Assembly: GCA_036172245.1 (NCBI GenBank)
Contig: JAYWIR010000010.1
Span: 3,906,001-3,970,000 of the forward strand
Origin: Raillietiella orientalis
Lineage: Eukaryota
Length of the DNA: 64,000 nt
Reading direction: 5' to 3'
The notes under the pieces were generated by a model. That model made no database searches and had not been told where the DNA came from. It saw only the letters and a program-made list of their open reading frames with translations. Position numbers and translations under genes: made by a program. Shown one piece after another: positions 49,700 to 61,750 of the stretch (position 1 is the first letter of the stretch; each line of letters opens with the position of its first letter).

Positions 49700-50700
49700 A
49701 CTCGGTCTGCTTGCATGCGGCATCTATGGAATGATCTGCCAACGCACCTTAACCGCTGGATAGGTGTGATCCTTGTACACAAAGGCATCCCCTTGGGAAC
49801 GGATGGACATGGAGACCACGCCTGCATCGTCTTCGCGGTACCGGGGGCGCCAAGAAAGTTCACGCGGTTGTCAGGGTGGAAATTCGAAGCGGTTCACGAC
49901 TTGTCGGAGTGGCGATGCGCAGGCGCGGACAGTCTTTGGCAGCTCGGCTTTCTTATCAGGCCGCTGCAAGATCCGGACAAGATGCGTTAGCGATGCCGAG
50001 AGAGTCATCTTCGGTAGCCAAAGGACGCTGTTGCACGACTCAGCAATGGTGAAAGAGTTCGACGGCTGAGTTTCAAAACGAAAGCTTTCGAAGTCTTGCG
50101 GAGTGCCCCGTCACGATGGTGACCGAAAATCTCACGTGACGTCACGCGAAAACTCCAGAGCTCCACCGTAAGGAGTCCAGCACGCGTCACCCTGCGAGCA
50201 AGAGGACGAAAGCAGACAAAGCAAAGCAAGACAAAAGCAAAAGAACTCAGCTGTGTGGAGATCTAAAGAATGCTGCAGAAGCAGCATCAATCCATGGAGA
50301 CTCGACCCACAAAGGGAAAACACGGCTTCCCTCCGATGCTACCGTGCTCGCCGAAGGTAGCCAGACATGAACCTGTTAAAGCAAGAGTACAGACGACTGC
50401 GAGTTGCCCTCTCGTGCCCTCCTTAGTAACAGATGAGTACGGAGTGGAAGCAGCAGGGGAAAAAAAAAAAGAAATTTTTTTTTTTTCTTGAAAATCGTCT
50501 TGAATGGAAGGAGAAAACCGTCCGACCTTCTACGGCAATTCGTAGAAGTGTCCACAGCCCAAACTGTGAAAGCACCTTTCCATTTCTGTGTTTTCTGGCG
50601 AAAGACAGGACGAGGTCTCTTGAAATGGAAGGGAATCTTTTGACTCCAGCGTAGGGAAATACCATGGCTGGCTCTCCAGCTGCTTTGCACGGGTTCTGCG
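49700..50700 (-). pseudogene. IR pseudogene
   Basis: QKWKGAF..RRRSDGFLLPF (S1); FFCFCLALLCLLSSSCSQG (M3); CASPLRQVVNRF (cf. KGSPLRxxFN; ~49885-49925). Confidence 0.5.
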
Positions 50701-51429
50701 GGAACGCTGCTTCTTCCGAGAGACCGAGAAGATGAGTTTTTTTTTCGTGGATTTTCGTACCGAGGAAAAAACTTCTACGGGTGCTTCCTCTCTTGGAGCC
50801 CCCCCCCCCCCCAAAAAGAAGGATTGTGAGTATTCTGAAAACAAGATCCAGCTTCAGAGACATGAATCATTGATTTACAAGCCTCCTCCCTCCCACTAAC
50901 CAAAAAGGAAAAAAAGGAAACCCGAACTCCGCGAACCAACTCCCGTGTCGTGCGACGATTGGCTTCTCAAGGTGGGAGATGAGAGCTGATGCAGTTTCGC
51001 CAATGTGAAGACTCTGGGACGTGAAAAAGGATGCCATTCCACGCTCATACGAGAGTTCTAAAAAAAAAAAAAAAAGAGTAAAAGAGAGAGAGAAGAGAGT
51101 TCTAGGAAGTATACAAAGGGCGCGATTTTGGAACAGAGTGTCAAGCTATTCATCTTCCATCCTTTTCAAAGGGAACTTTAGATGATTTTTCTCCACGAGA
51201 AGAGATGCAGCCGACGATTCCAGAGGCAGCTCCATGGTTCATTACTTGAAGCGAAGTTCAAAGTTCTCAGGGATCGCGTAGATGATTTCCCCCGCTGGAT
51301 GAGAGCCGACCGAGCTGCTGGGTGGAAACCCATCAGCGAAAACTTTCAGTTCTCGGAGATCCCGGACAGCTCAAAAAGGAAAAGGTCAAAGAAGAGCTTC
51401 ACACTCCGCGCGGAAAGAGATGAAACTGG

Positions 51430-52680
51430 AAGGAAAGAAGAGGAAGGAAGACGCAGGCACGTTTTTCTTGTTGGCGAGTCGGACGATGATGCCTCCATGC
51501 TGAGTGACAGCTGGAATCCCACGGAACCAGCCTCCAGTTTCAAGTGTCGGCTGAGTCGGGCGCGGGCTTTCCGCATTCGACGTGTCTCAACAGTCATCGT
51601 AGACCTGCCGATCCTTCCTTCAGCCCCACTTGTGTGGACAATCCGCCGAGAACCCGGAATCGGGAGCTGTCTTCGAGCTTTCTGTAGGCGAGGTGTCCGC
51701 TTGGCTAGCAAAACTCCAAAGTCACAGTGACGGGGCTTTTCTGGAGGAAAGGAAACGGCCAGAGCTTCCTTGTATGGAGGTTTATCCAAACACGATTTTT
51801 CATGCTTTCATTCCGGGATAAAAGAAACGTCTTCTTGAAATTCCTTCATACTTCTCCTCCTCCTCCTCTTTTTCTTCTTCTTCCTTTCATTTCGTCTCAT
51901 TCGTTTGAAAGGCACGCTGAATTATTTAAATGCCTGAGGAAATGGATCGCAAGACGCTGCGAGATCCCAGGAATTCTTCTTCCTCTCTCCATTAATGCCA
52001 TGGTAAGGAGGAATTCAATAAGGCACCTGATCCGCTATCAGGCCGCACGAGAAGAATTCAGGTCCTTGCACGGAGGACCCGGATTCTAATCGGTCTTTGA
52101 TCGCGAGAGGATTCCCAAACGTGGGGAAAACTCAGAGTCTCTGGACGACGATGCGCTCGGAGAAGACCAGGCGAAGAAACACAAAGCCGAAACGAAGAAG
52201 ATTGGATCCATCTCGGGAGAGGAAACCGCCATCACGCCCTTGGCAGCCGATTCAAAATGCAAGCGGGATATGGAGAGCTTCATACAAGTGGATCTGCACC
52301 GTCGACGGTCAGACGAATCACCGGGAGATGAGCTTCATTTTCTTTTCTCAGGATGCTGCCGCTGCACCGTGAAACACTCCCCGAATCCCAGCAGCGAAAC
52401 GCAGAGCGCCATTCTTTCTTTCTCCCAATGGCAGTCCTCTGGCGAAGAAAATCACATGAAGAGCAAAGAAAAAGCCTTATCTCGGGAAGACGAACACGTC
52501 CGTGTCGTACGGAATAAGAACTGTCCTGCAATCAGCACACAGCCAAAATGAGGCGGAACAGCAACCAAAGAATTCGACTCATGAGCCTTCATGACAGTTC
52601 GGGTCCAAAATGCTCGGCACGATTGTTGAGTTTTCGTGCACACCCTGACGCGCACACACGCAGGGATTCCGTTCAACATT
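51430..52680 (-). pseudogene. IR pseudogene
   Basis: VLIAGQFLFRTTR (S1); EWRSAFRCWD (pre-M1); LCFFAWSSPSASSSRDSEF (M3); DFGVLLAKRTPRLQKARRQL..RIV (S2); HLKLEAGSVGFQLSL (M4). Confidence 0.6.
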
Positions 52681-52779
52681 CAGAATTCTGCCGAAGGCTC
52701 CCTCCGCCCTCTCCCGTCGCGATGCGCACCCAGCACCACCCGCGGTGCACGCCCTGCACGTTGGCGCACCACTTCCTCC

Positions 52780-54050
52780 TGTTTGCTTTCCCTGCGCCGC
52801 CCACCTCACGGGCTCCCCGAGCGCGCCGCGTCGCTCGCCCGGGGTCGCACGCACCCGGCGATCCCGCGTCGCCGAACCGGAGCCACGGCCGTCGTCGTCA
52901 CACGGGCGGGCGACCGCGGCGGCGCGACTCTTGCCGCACCGGAGCGCCCAGTGCGGCAGACGGCAGGAGTCTCCGCTCGACCTCCGGCGTCGAACGGCCC
53001 CAGGCCACCGATTCCCGTTCCTGCCGCGCCGCCCGCTTCACTCGGCCGCCCAGGTGGTCGCGCGCGCCTTTCGGCGGATCCAGGCGGGGCATGAAGAGCA
53101 CGCCAGGGTGACCGTTGGCGCGTTCGACGAGGCGCTATGCGGCGCCGCCGCTCGCGCGGGCAGCGGGCAGGTGCGGGCGCGCGAGCGCAACCCGAGTGCG
53201 GCGGAAGTGGCTCCATGTCGGAAGTGGCTCCATGCCGCGCGAGCCTACAGGGCGTGGTGGTGAGCTTCATTCCCCCATCTGGCTGTTTCCCCGACAAGGG
53301 AACGTAGTGCCTGCCTGCCCCGGAGCGTGCGTGCTGCGTGCGCGCCAGAGGCAACTTGGCGCGCTCCGACCTACGCCGACCCTCTCGCCGTTCCTTCTTT
53401 TCGCACCGCCGTCCTCGAAGGTCGAGCGCGAGCTCGCATCCGCCCGGAGGCGCTGCGCATCTCGCGAACATCCAGACGCCTGCGCGTGCCGCTCGAAAAT
53501 TCCCAGTTTCGCGCGGGGTGGGGCGGACTTGGTCACCACCTTTCCCGCCGCTTGCCGCCTGACCCGCTCTATCGACGGGTCGAGGCAGTCGTCCACGTCC
53601 GGTCCCCGAGCAGAGAATCCCCGGCCGACGGCCCCCGAAGGGCGCAAACGGGCGAACGTGCCGCGTCCTTTCGGACGGCGTGGACCCGTCTGCGTGGCAC
53701 CCCGAACGCCGCGTCGTCCCTTGAGCCCCGCAATCCCGAGGACGCTGCGACGATGCTCTTCTGGGACCGGAGGGAGCTCCTTCTTCCGAGAAGCTGCGCG
53801 CGTTCGATTTCTTTCCTGCGCCCCGCCTCTCCCGAGGCCTGCAGGGAGCGTTTCGAAGGGGCAGGCGATATCTGGGACAGCCTCTTGCACCCCTCCCCTG
53901 CAGCTCCCTTGCAGGGTCTGAGCGGGGAATCGAAGTCAGGCGTGCGGCTTCTCCGGGGAGGGGAGTCCTTGAAGTCTTTCGTGTGCGCGCTACCATCTCG
54001 CCGTGGTCCGCTGAGGTGGGAGATCGGCTGCATATGGGATGGTTCGGGAT
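52780..54050 (+). pseudogene. Very GC-rich IR pseudogene
   Basis: PVRQTAGVSARP (cf. LVRxxADVxxxP); GAFDEALCGA (cf. PFDxxLW); LFPRQGNVVPACPGACVL (M2); TYADPLAVPSF (M3); PDPLYRRV; SISFLRPASP..RERF (S2); RLLRGGESLKSFVCAL (M4). Confidence 0.6.
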
Positions 54051-54679
54051 GCGTGCGAAGGATTCCCCGAGCGTCATGAATCTTTGATGCATCCTTTCTC
54101 CTGGTGGGTAGAGCTCGCACAGAATTAAAATGTCGAATATCTCCATGTAGATGGACCGGTAGTCACCGATCCTCACGTGGTCTCCTCTGAAGAGGAAGCA
54201 TGTCGATATGCGATGTCGCCCCATACAAGACATGGACCTGTCCCGATCCAAGTATTTGTTTACAGAGGTGAGCTGTGGTTCTCTGCGTTGACCGAAGACC
54301 AAAGGTGAACTTTTTCATGTTCTGGTCGTACGGCCTTGACACTGACGGTGATTCGAGACTCGCTGTTGAAGGACATCTAGCTCATCCTTATTTTTCCGTA
54401 GTCTTGGCTTCCAACTGTCCAGAAGCTCTTCATATCACTCTTGGATCTAATGGACTTCCCTCCAACGTCTCCAGACGCAAACCTTTCCAAATTCTTTTCC
54501 ACTGATGTTGTCTGAAGTCTTTCTTCTTTTTCTTTTTTTTCCTAAACAACTAAAACTTCGGTTTGGGAAGTAGGTCCCATGCCTCTGATTCTGACAAAGT
54601 GAGCATCTTGAAGCAGTTGTCAGTAATGAAATGGTTGGGTTCGCTCGGAGGAATCGGGAAGCTGAGACTCTCACTCGAT

Positions 54680-56150
54680 TGGTGATCGGCGTAGAGACAC
54701 ACTTTGACTGCTGAGTAGGCTGAAGCGTTACCTGATGAGCTGCTCGGCGTTGCTACGTAGGAACGTGCAGTTTCGTCTGAGAAGTGTTCCAAACCTTCGG
54801 AAATGGAGGCTCTCGTGGCGCACATTTTCTTTTTTCCATAGGACCACGCCACAGTCTGGCCTACTGATGCTTTGGACAGAATCTGGTGCTTCATGAGCCC
54901 CGATGCTATCCGGTCCGAGTCTGCGGACTTCTCTAGGTATTTGCGTGCCTCGCTGAACTTCATGGTCAGGACATCGTTCTCGCTTATAGCGAAGGGTTGC
55001 TTTTCTGACTCACTTTGGCGCCACAACCTTGAGATGTAGAGAGAGGTGTATTTGACGGAGTTGACGAGGAGACCGAATTTCGTCGTCGTTCGTGCAATCT
55101 GAGTAGACGGGATCCCCCCACCCCTCCCCTTCCCATCTTTTTTGAGACCGCCGTGAGCGCAGAGTAGCCCGAAGACTCGTAACGGAGTGGAGCGGCCTCC
55201 CAGCGACAAAGAGGTGCGGGTCTCATCTGGCAGGTCCGCGCGACTCAGGCAATCTATTGACAATCCCCTTCCGTTTAGTCGCGTAGGCACAATGACCAAG
55301 AGACCCAACCGACCTTCGCAACTGACTGCTTGGAGGTGTAGTGCCCTCAAGAAGCCAACAGGGAAGAAGCTCAAAACGAAGGAAAGGAAGTCGGAAGGTT
55401 CATCAAAGAGCTACGAGGGGGTGGCACACCGGACGCTACAGAAAAGCTGCACGGCGTGTTTACGTAGAACGGAAATCCAAGCACAAGGAGGGAAACAAGG
55501 AAGAAGCTCCCCTATCATGGAAAGCGACGCACCACACAGTACGTCAGAGGTGAAGACCAAAACAAAGGGGGGATGGAGGGGGGCAATGAACCTTTCGCAA
55601 TTAAACAACGGTAGAACGGGAAGAAAAGGTTTGCGAGGTGATTTTGTTTGCTTTGGTTTGGCCTTTTGTGTTGACTGACTGAGCAGGATGATGCTACCCC
55701 TTGTCGGACTAGGGAAGTCCAATGAGGACTCTTCGGAAATGATGCTTACCTGTACAATGGTAACGTTTACATGTCAGCAAAGAAAAAAATACGGAGACGT
55801 CTAAGTGCACACAGAGCACCGACTAAAGACTGGTCTTCAGCCATTGGTGTGTGTTCGTGTGTATTGGTTTTACTCTTGTGTGACGAGGCAGAGCGGAAGC
55901 CGAGCTGAAATGCAAGCAAGAAGAGGGATGCCTTTCCCATGTAACTCAGCCACGCCCGGAGCAGCCTGCACTTGCTACCTCAGAGTCCTTCGGGCCAAAT
56001 GAACTCAAACATCCCGAAGCCTTTGGGCCGAATCTGGCTTCTCGAGAACTTCCAGGCCCAAAGCAACCATTTGGCAGCGGTGATCGCCGGCAGCTGGAGT
56101 TTGTGTTTTTCTTCCCTTTCGTCAGCTAGGAAGGACGTTCAAAGTTGCTT
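54680..56150 (+). pseudogene. IR pseudogene
   Basis: IRSESADFSRYLRASLNFMV..CFSDSLW (S1 end, M1; ~54905-55020); LRQSIDNPLP (M2); KSYEGV (M3); FYSCVTRQSGSR (S2); LLENFQAQSNHLAAVIAG (M4). Confidence 0.55.
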
Positions 56151-56289
56151 ACGCAGGGTTGTTTATTTAAAAAATAAATAAATAAACTATAAGTTAGAGG
56201 GGAAGAGTATTCCCTCAAAAAAACAAGAAATGCCAAAAAGAAGTTCATCCAGCATAACCACAGGCACGCAGGCCGGCTTCCCAAAAGTA

Positions 56290-56740
56290 GGGAACGGAGG
56301 GAGGGGACAACAAATAAATGAAAGAAAGACGTGAGGGTGGGGGGGAGAGGGGTCTTTGGTATGAGACGTTGCTTGCTCTCTAGAAGCGGTCATCAGATCT
56401 CCGTGGGGAATTCCGGCAGATGAGGTCACCTTGCTGCAGTCTTCGTGAGAGCTGCTGGCCATGCTGGTGACCTCTCTCAGCCGCGAACTTGATTCGAACA
56501 CATAGCGCACTGTCTCCATGGCGCGGATGCAACCGACTGTTGCGATCACAGGCTCTTCTCCAGCATGCGTCCGGCGAAGAGGCGTCTCAGCAAGTGCAAA
56601 GCGGTTGTTGGAGCTCTGGAGCGAGTCTCCGCCACAAGTCCTCGAGGGCACTGCAGTCCAAGAAAAGGTGCGGGAGCGATTCCATCGCCCCACATTTCAA
56701 GCAGTTCGGGGAGGCAGCTTTCGCGGAAACGAGGGATCTG
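56290..56740 (-). mobile_element. 3' end of Tx1-like LINE
   Basis: SPNCLKCGAMESLPHLFLDCSALEDLWRRL is an intact-looking CCHC zinc finger of L1/Tx1 ORF2, followed by a T-rich tract near 56310. Confidence 0.75.
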
Positions 56741-56959
56741 CTCTGATTGCACTGGAATCCCCAGTGCGGAAACAGCAGAACATGCTGTTCCCACTGGAAT
56801 GGGAACACGGAGGTGCCTCCACACAGGTAAGGAAGGGAGCGCGGGGGCACACCAAGCAGGGCCTAGAGTAAATGATTGATTCGAGATTTCGAGTAAATGA
56901 TTTCAGTAAATGACAACCCGAATTCTGGGACATCCGCCGGTGGTGAACGGGACAGGGAG

Positions 56960-58935
56960 TGGGGGGGTTCTTGAGGTCGCAGTCGGCTTGCGAAAAGCAT
57001 CGGAGCTTCGTCGACCAGGAGCTTCTTCTGGAACTCTTGGAACGCATGGGCTTCTTTAACGGCCTCTTTAACGGCCTTTCTGCGCTGCTATTGGCGCGGC
57101 GCGCTAACCAACATTTCTTTCAGAGGACAAAGCGCGTGCGGTGTCCCGGTGCGCCGCGGGATACGGCAGGGCGACAGCCTGAGCCTCTTGCTCTTCAGCG
57201 CCAACTTCGAGTTGATGCTGCGGGCGTACAGGAAGACCGTGGCTCGCCTGCCACGCGCGTGCCCAGGCACACCTGGCATGTCAGCGTATGCAGACGATCT
57301 TCTGCTGCTGCTGCTCCGCATGTCGACCCCGGCGTCAGCGCTCGAAGATTTCTTCGAGCCGCGGAACAGAACTGAAGATGAACAGGGCGAAATCGATCGT
57401 CCGTGGTAGCAGTTGGATCGCGTGGGCAGAGCAGATGAACTAGATTCGCTTGGAGATCCCCACGGTTCGGTGATTCAGATACCTCGGCGTGCGGTCGGGG
57501 GACGTTTCCCCTACGGAAGCGTGGTACGACTTCCTCCAGAAGGCAGAGTCGGCGCTCGGCACGTTCGAAGAAGGTAACTTTCTGTTGCCGGAACGGGCCG
57601 TAATTTGGAACATTTTTGTGACCCCTGTCCTCCGACCCATGCTTTTTGTTTGTCCCCCCCCCCGGTATGGTGAAACGGACGAAGGGCATCTTTCGAAAGC
57701 CCTATGGGGCAATGGGAGGTCCCGATTCCGATTGAAAGACTTGTGTGCTCCTTGTCGCGACGGAGGTCTCGGTCTCCTGATGCTGGAGCTCCGGAAGCGG
57801 TAGCTCCAGAGGAGGATGCTTGCCTTAGTGGCAAAGCTTTGGAGCACAAATTAGTGCGAGCTCGCACGATACCCGGTCAAGTGAGCCACCGGCTACGCGG
57901 GACTGTCTTCGCTCCTGGCGCGCCAGCACCGATGCAACGTGTCCCTCTACGGACTGGAGTTTCGGCGAGTGGCTAAGCTGACCAGGACCAACAACTGGGT
58001 CCTCTGCCTACCCGTGAACGATAGTGCCAGGTTGCAGGAAACCGTTCGCACATGGGCTAAGAACAACGAACTGATCCCGAAAATGCCGCAGCGGCTGCTG
58101 CACTCCTACAACAACCGCACGCTGCAGGACGTCATCGCCCAGTCCACTATGTGTGCGTGGGCGCAAAGAACCTCCCTAGCCGTGGCACTGCCCTTCCTCA
58201 AAGAGTACCTGGGCAGTAACCAGAAGGCCAAATGGGAGGTCAGCTGTAGAATAGGTCCTCCGACGAGGGAATTAGGTGGCTGGACGACGGGCCAGCTCAC
58301 GGACGCTGCGACCCCAAGCACCCCACAGAAGGTACTTTTGCGCTGGGGCGATCTGCTGGAAATCCCACAGGAAGACTCCCTCGAATGGTCATCAGAGATG
58401 AAGAAGAGCCGGGCCCTTCCCCTGAAGTGGTAGGGGTCGACGTTGATGCTGCTGCACTGAAGCCTCCCATGGAACACTCTCTGATCTCTCTGGACCCGGA
58501 AGGCTAGACTCCCAAACTGCTGCAGGTGTGGGGAACGCGAATCCGTCTCGCACCTGCACGTGGACTGTGTTGCCCTCCGACCCCTGTGGTTGCGTTACGC
58601 AACAGCCCTTGGCGCACCGGCAGACAATCCCAGGGACGCCTCTTCGTGCGCGACGCTCTTTCGCCTAGCGCATCCCTAGCAGCTCTTTACTACCTATGTG
58701 AGATTGTGGCGGCCTGGAGCTACGCGAGAGGAGGACGGCACAATAGGGACGCAATCTGTGTCGTCCTGCGCTTCCCAGGGACGGCAGCTAGATGGTTCCC
58801 CGTGGGGCATACTCACATGGAACTTGCTGATGGAACTTCTTTCCTGAAAAGGATTCAGAGGACTCCCTCCAGCTCCCGGGGATCCCTTCCCTAACCGACC
58901 CAATTTTTTAAATATATTTGTTTGTTTTCTTTTTA
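56960..58935 (+). mobile_element. 5'-truncated, disabled L1/Tx1-clade LINE (RT to 3' end)
   Basis: VDQELLLELLERMGF; GIRQGDSLSLLLF; AYADDLL; LKMNRAKS; FRYLGV; ERAVIWN; LCAPCRDGGLGL; PNCCRCGERESVSHLHVDC; T-rich end. Several frameshifts and stops. Confidence 0.9.
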
Positions 58936-58959
58936 TTTTTGTTTGCCTCCTTCCCCTTG

Positions 58960-59750
58960 GCTGACGAGGCAAACCTCGTCGACCTGCGTGCCAGTTACTG
59001 GTCAGGTTCTGAAAATTCTCGAACAATGTAGGGCCGATGGCACCATACATGTATGTTGATTATTTTTATTATAAACAGCCTGGTGTTACAGGCTCCTAAA
59101 CCAAGCAGTTCACTCCCCTGAAGGAGGCTCTTTTCCCGGAAACGAGGAGTGGGGGCATTCACCAACTCTCTAGTTCTGCAGCCGTCGAGGAGTTTCTCGA
59201 CTCCTGCAATGCTGCGGGACAACTCCTTCCCTGTCTGTTAATTGCTGTTATCGTTTACCCTGAGGGAAGGTGGTGCAGCGACAAATGGTATGACGGCTAT
59301 CCGGGACCACTGCGTTCAATCTTGTAGAAGGGTCCAGCGGTTTGCGTAGGACACCCTGCAGCGGTCTCAGTATCATTGTGCACACTTTCAAAGTGGCAAC
59401 CCAGGACTCCAGCGCCTCCTGCCGCCAGACATTGCAGCTTTTCAAGCGGAAGCAGATTCACGAATGAGCTGCCAAAAGTGAGGACAGACGCTTCAGGAAT
59501 TAGCCGAATTCAGTCGCCCAACGTGGGTTGCTCGACAGCATCGGAAGAAGTCCGGCGCTTCCAGCACATCGCCGAAGGATGTGGCGTGCCGGAGCACACC
59601 AATGAAGGACCACAGTTTCCCACACAGGGAGGGAAGTCGGAACTGCACCGGCAGTTCGATCTTCTCTGTAGTAAGGATGCCGAGCTAGCGTCCTGCAGCG
59701 GCCGCCACCGAGTCTTTCAAGTGGATCCTAGGAAGGACGGAGAGCGAAGG
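58960..59750 (-). pseudogene. IR fragment
   Basis: WVATLKVCTMILRPLQGVLRKPL (M3-like; 59248..59445); GPTLFENFQNLTSNWHAG (S2-like). Abuts the LINE 3' end. Confidence 0.4.
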
Positions 59751-60149
59751 AAAGGCTGAGTGCATCCTATTTCCCTGCGGACCAGTCCTCCCCACCCTCC
59801 CTTGTATTTGAAGAAAGCTCTATCCTTCTCTTCGCATCCCCCTCTTCCCCTTGCGATCCAGGATCCCAGCGCCACCTTGGATTGTCTCTCTACCGATACC
59901 CCGGCGAAAAAAGGAAAGAGCGCTCGCTCGAGTAGACCGAACGAGCAGGAAGCTCCCCCCCCCGTCCCGAACTCGCCCCCGCACGCCTCACTGCTCGGAT
60001 GCTTAGCCGGCTTGGATGAAAGAAGAGATTGCTAGAAGTCGCATTTCTTGCTCTCCTTCTTCCCCTGTCCCTTCTCTTTGAAGCGTACGATGCTTCCTAG
60101 GTGCGCAACGGCTAGGAAGCATCGGACTCTGAAGAGGGAAGGGGAGGAC

Positions 60150-61050
60150 TCGGCAAGCAGGTCTATTTCGGGCAAGGAAGCATCTAATTGTCCTGTCATA
60201 AATGATAGAGCGAGATACCCTTCAATTCTGGATACTTAGTAATTAATCGTTGAAAGAGCTCCGGATACGAGTCGAGGGACCGAAGCAGCAGGAAGGAGCA
60301 TGGAGCCCTCGCTGCGGCTCCGCAGATTGCTGCCTCGAATTGGAATCTCCGCTCGCCAAGGAAGCGCCTGCGCGATCCTACTCATCTTTTTGTCTTTTTG
60401 CAATGGAAACGCATTCGGGTTCTTCCGCGCACTTTTTCTGCACGGTTTGTGAGGATGAACATGTCGTTTTCTGCAGGTCAGGGAGGATGCCCTCGTGGAA
60501 CAAGCCAGGTGTGTGTGGGGGGGGGGGGGGCAGTGGATGTTCTGCAAGGAACCCGGGGACTCGTTTGCTTGCTCTTTGTCAAAGAGGGAGGATTTCTCGG
60601 TAGGGATCAGTGACTGCAGGATGCGCCTCCGGGAGCGGTCCGGCGTGGCTGCGGTCTCTCAGTAGTCACTTGTAAATATACACCACATGGGCTGCTCCAA
60701 AAAGATTACTTTTGGGGGAAGACGGGGTAGTAAAGACCTTAGAAATGGGATGGCACATCTAATGGGGACTTTGACGTGAGTACCGAAACAAAAAAAGACG
60801 TTCTAGAGGGTCGGCTTTCCACATCCTTTTTTTGTTGAAGTCCAGATCCATCCTTGCCGAGATTCGATTCGCGTCATCCAGATGCAACACGTTTAAATGA
60901 TTGTCTGCAATCCCAGAATCGACCTCCTTTCGGCAGGGACCAACTCACGGAACTCCATACCCAATGGTGCTTTTTGAGATCGCACTCTGACCGGTCCAGT
61001 TCTCTCTCCTTTGACAGCAGCAGCGGTCACAAGCAGCTGGCTGGCCGGCT
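60150..61050 (+). pseudogene. IR fragment
   Basis: APARSYSSFCLFAMETHSGSSAHFFCTV (M3-like); SRHPDATRLNDCL (S2-like); SSLSFD (pre-M4). Confidence 0.4.
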
Positions 61051-61199
61051 GGCCATATCAGGCACCCCCCTCCTCAACCAAAGGAAAGAAAAGCCAAGCA
61101 GTGCGTGGGTTCGAGCTCGAAGCCATGGAAATGAAGAAGCTGAGGTGGACTTCTTTTTGAGCATTCCGAAGATCCCTGGTCAGGTGCCCCCTTGAGGCC

Positions 61200-61750
61200 A
61201 GCTGGAGAGAGGCTCTCTGTAGTCACCGTCTTTCTGGATCATCGACCTGTTTAGCCGTCCAAAGTGGCCGTCCCCCCCCATCGCAGCTGCTGGAGGCGAA
61301 GCACATGGAAAGCCTCAATGGTCCCTTGATGAAATTGTTCCGGTCTTACAGGAGAGAGGTTGGAGCGGCACCTCCCTACGGCGAAGATTCCTTCCCATTT
61401 TGCGTCCAGCTGAGTGGTCGCGGTTTCTGCTTCTCGGCTCTGGAGCTCCGCAGCCCCGCAAAGAACTTGGGAGCTCGGAGGACTAGGGCTCTTCCGCTGC
61501 CTGAAGGATGTGGTACACACCGCTTGCCCGGAGCGGGGCAGTGCGCGCCCTTCCCTTGTCTTTTGGGACTGGCGATCCGAGCATCGACCCTGCATAACGC
61601 GTGGGAAGTGCCCACTGAGGAGCTCTTCGGCTTGTGGTCCCAGAACGTTTGCTTTGAACGCCCTCCCGGGTGTCGTGCCACTTGACTTGGCGTGTGGTTG
61701 AACTGGTGCTCACTAATTCGCCTAGAGATCGCTGCAGAAGTGGGGTGAGA
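61200..61750 (+). mobile_element. LINE ORF2 fragment (post-RT)
   Basis: ERLSVVTVFL..VAVPP..LMKLF..WELGGLGLF parallels ERAVIWNIFV..VCPPP..LSKALW..RDGGLGL of the 57 kb copy. May extend to ~62.4 kb. Confidence 0.5.

Noticed and set aside
49820..49863. Walker A-like FLGAPGTAKT
   Set aside because: Not GKT, a stop lies just upstream, no Walker B follows, and it overlaps an IR remnant in another frame.
53050..53800. Gypsy integrase-like words on the minus strand (VPEEHRRSVLGIAG..GVRG, RLVERANG)
   Set aside because: No intact HHCC or DDE residues and no LTRs or RT nearby. The plus strand gives a longer, fully ordered IR motif series. A profile search would settle it.
52806..54302. Longest ORF (498 aa, minus)
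   Set aside because: Arg/Ala/Pro/Gly-rich product of very high GC with no recognisable domain; antisense to an IR remnant. Its first ~80 codons (54070-54300) are ambiguous and left uncalled.
54550..55374. 274 aa minus-strand ORF
   Set aside because: The plus strand carries the recognisable ADFS..FS..LW IR motifs; this is most likely an antisense shadow.
56290..57000. Twin-priming 5' inversion of the 57 kb LINE
   Set aside because: The inverted piece is a second 3' end (zinc finger) with a different sequence, not the missing 5' part.
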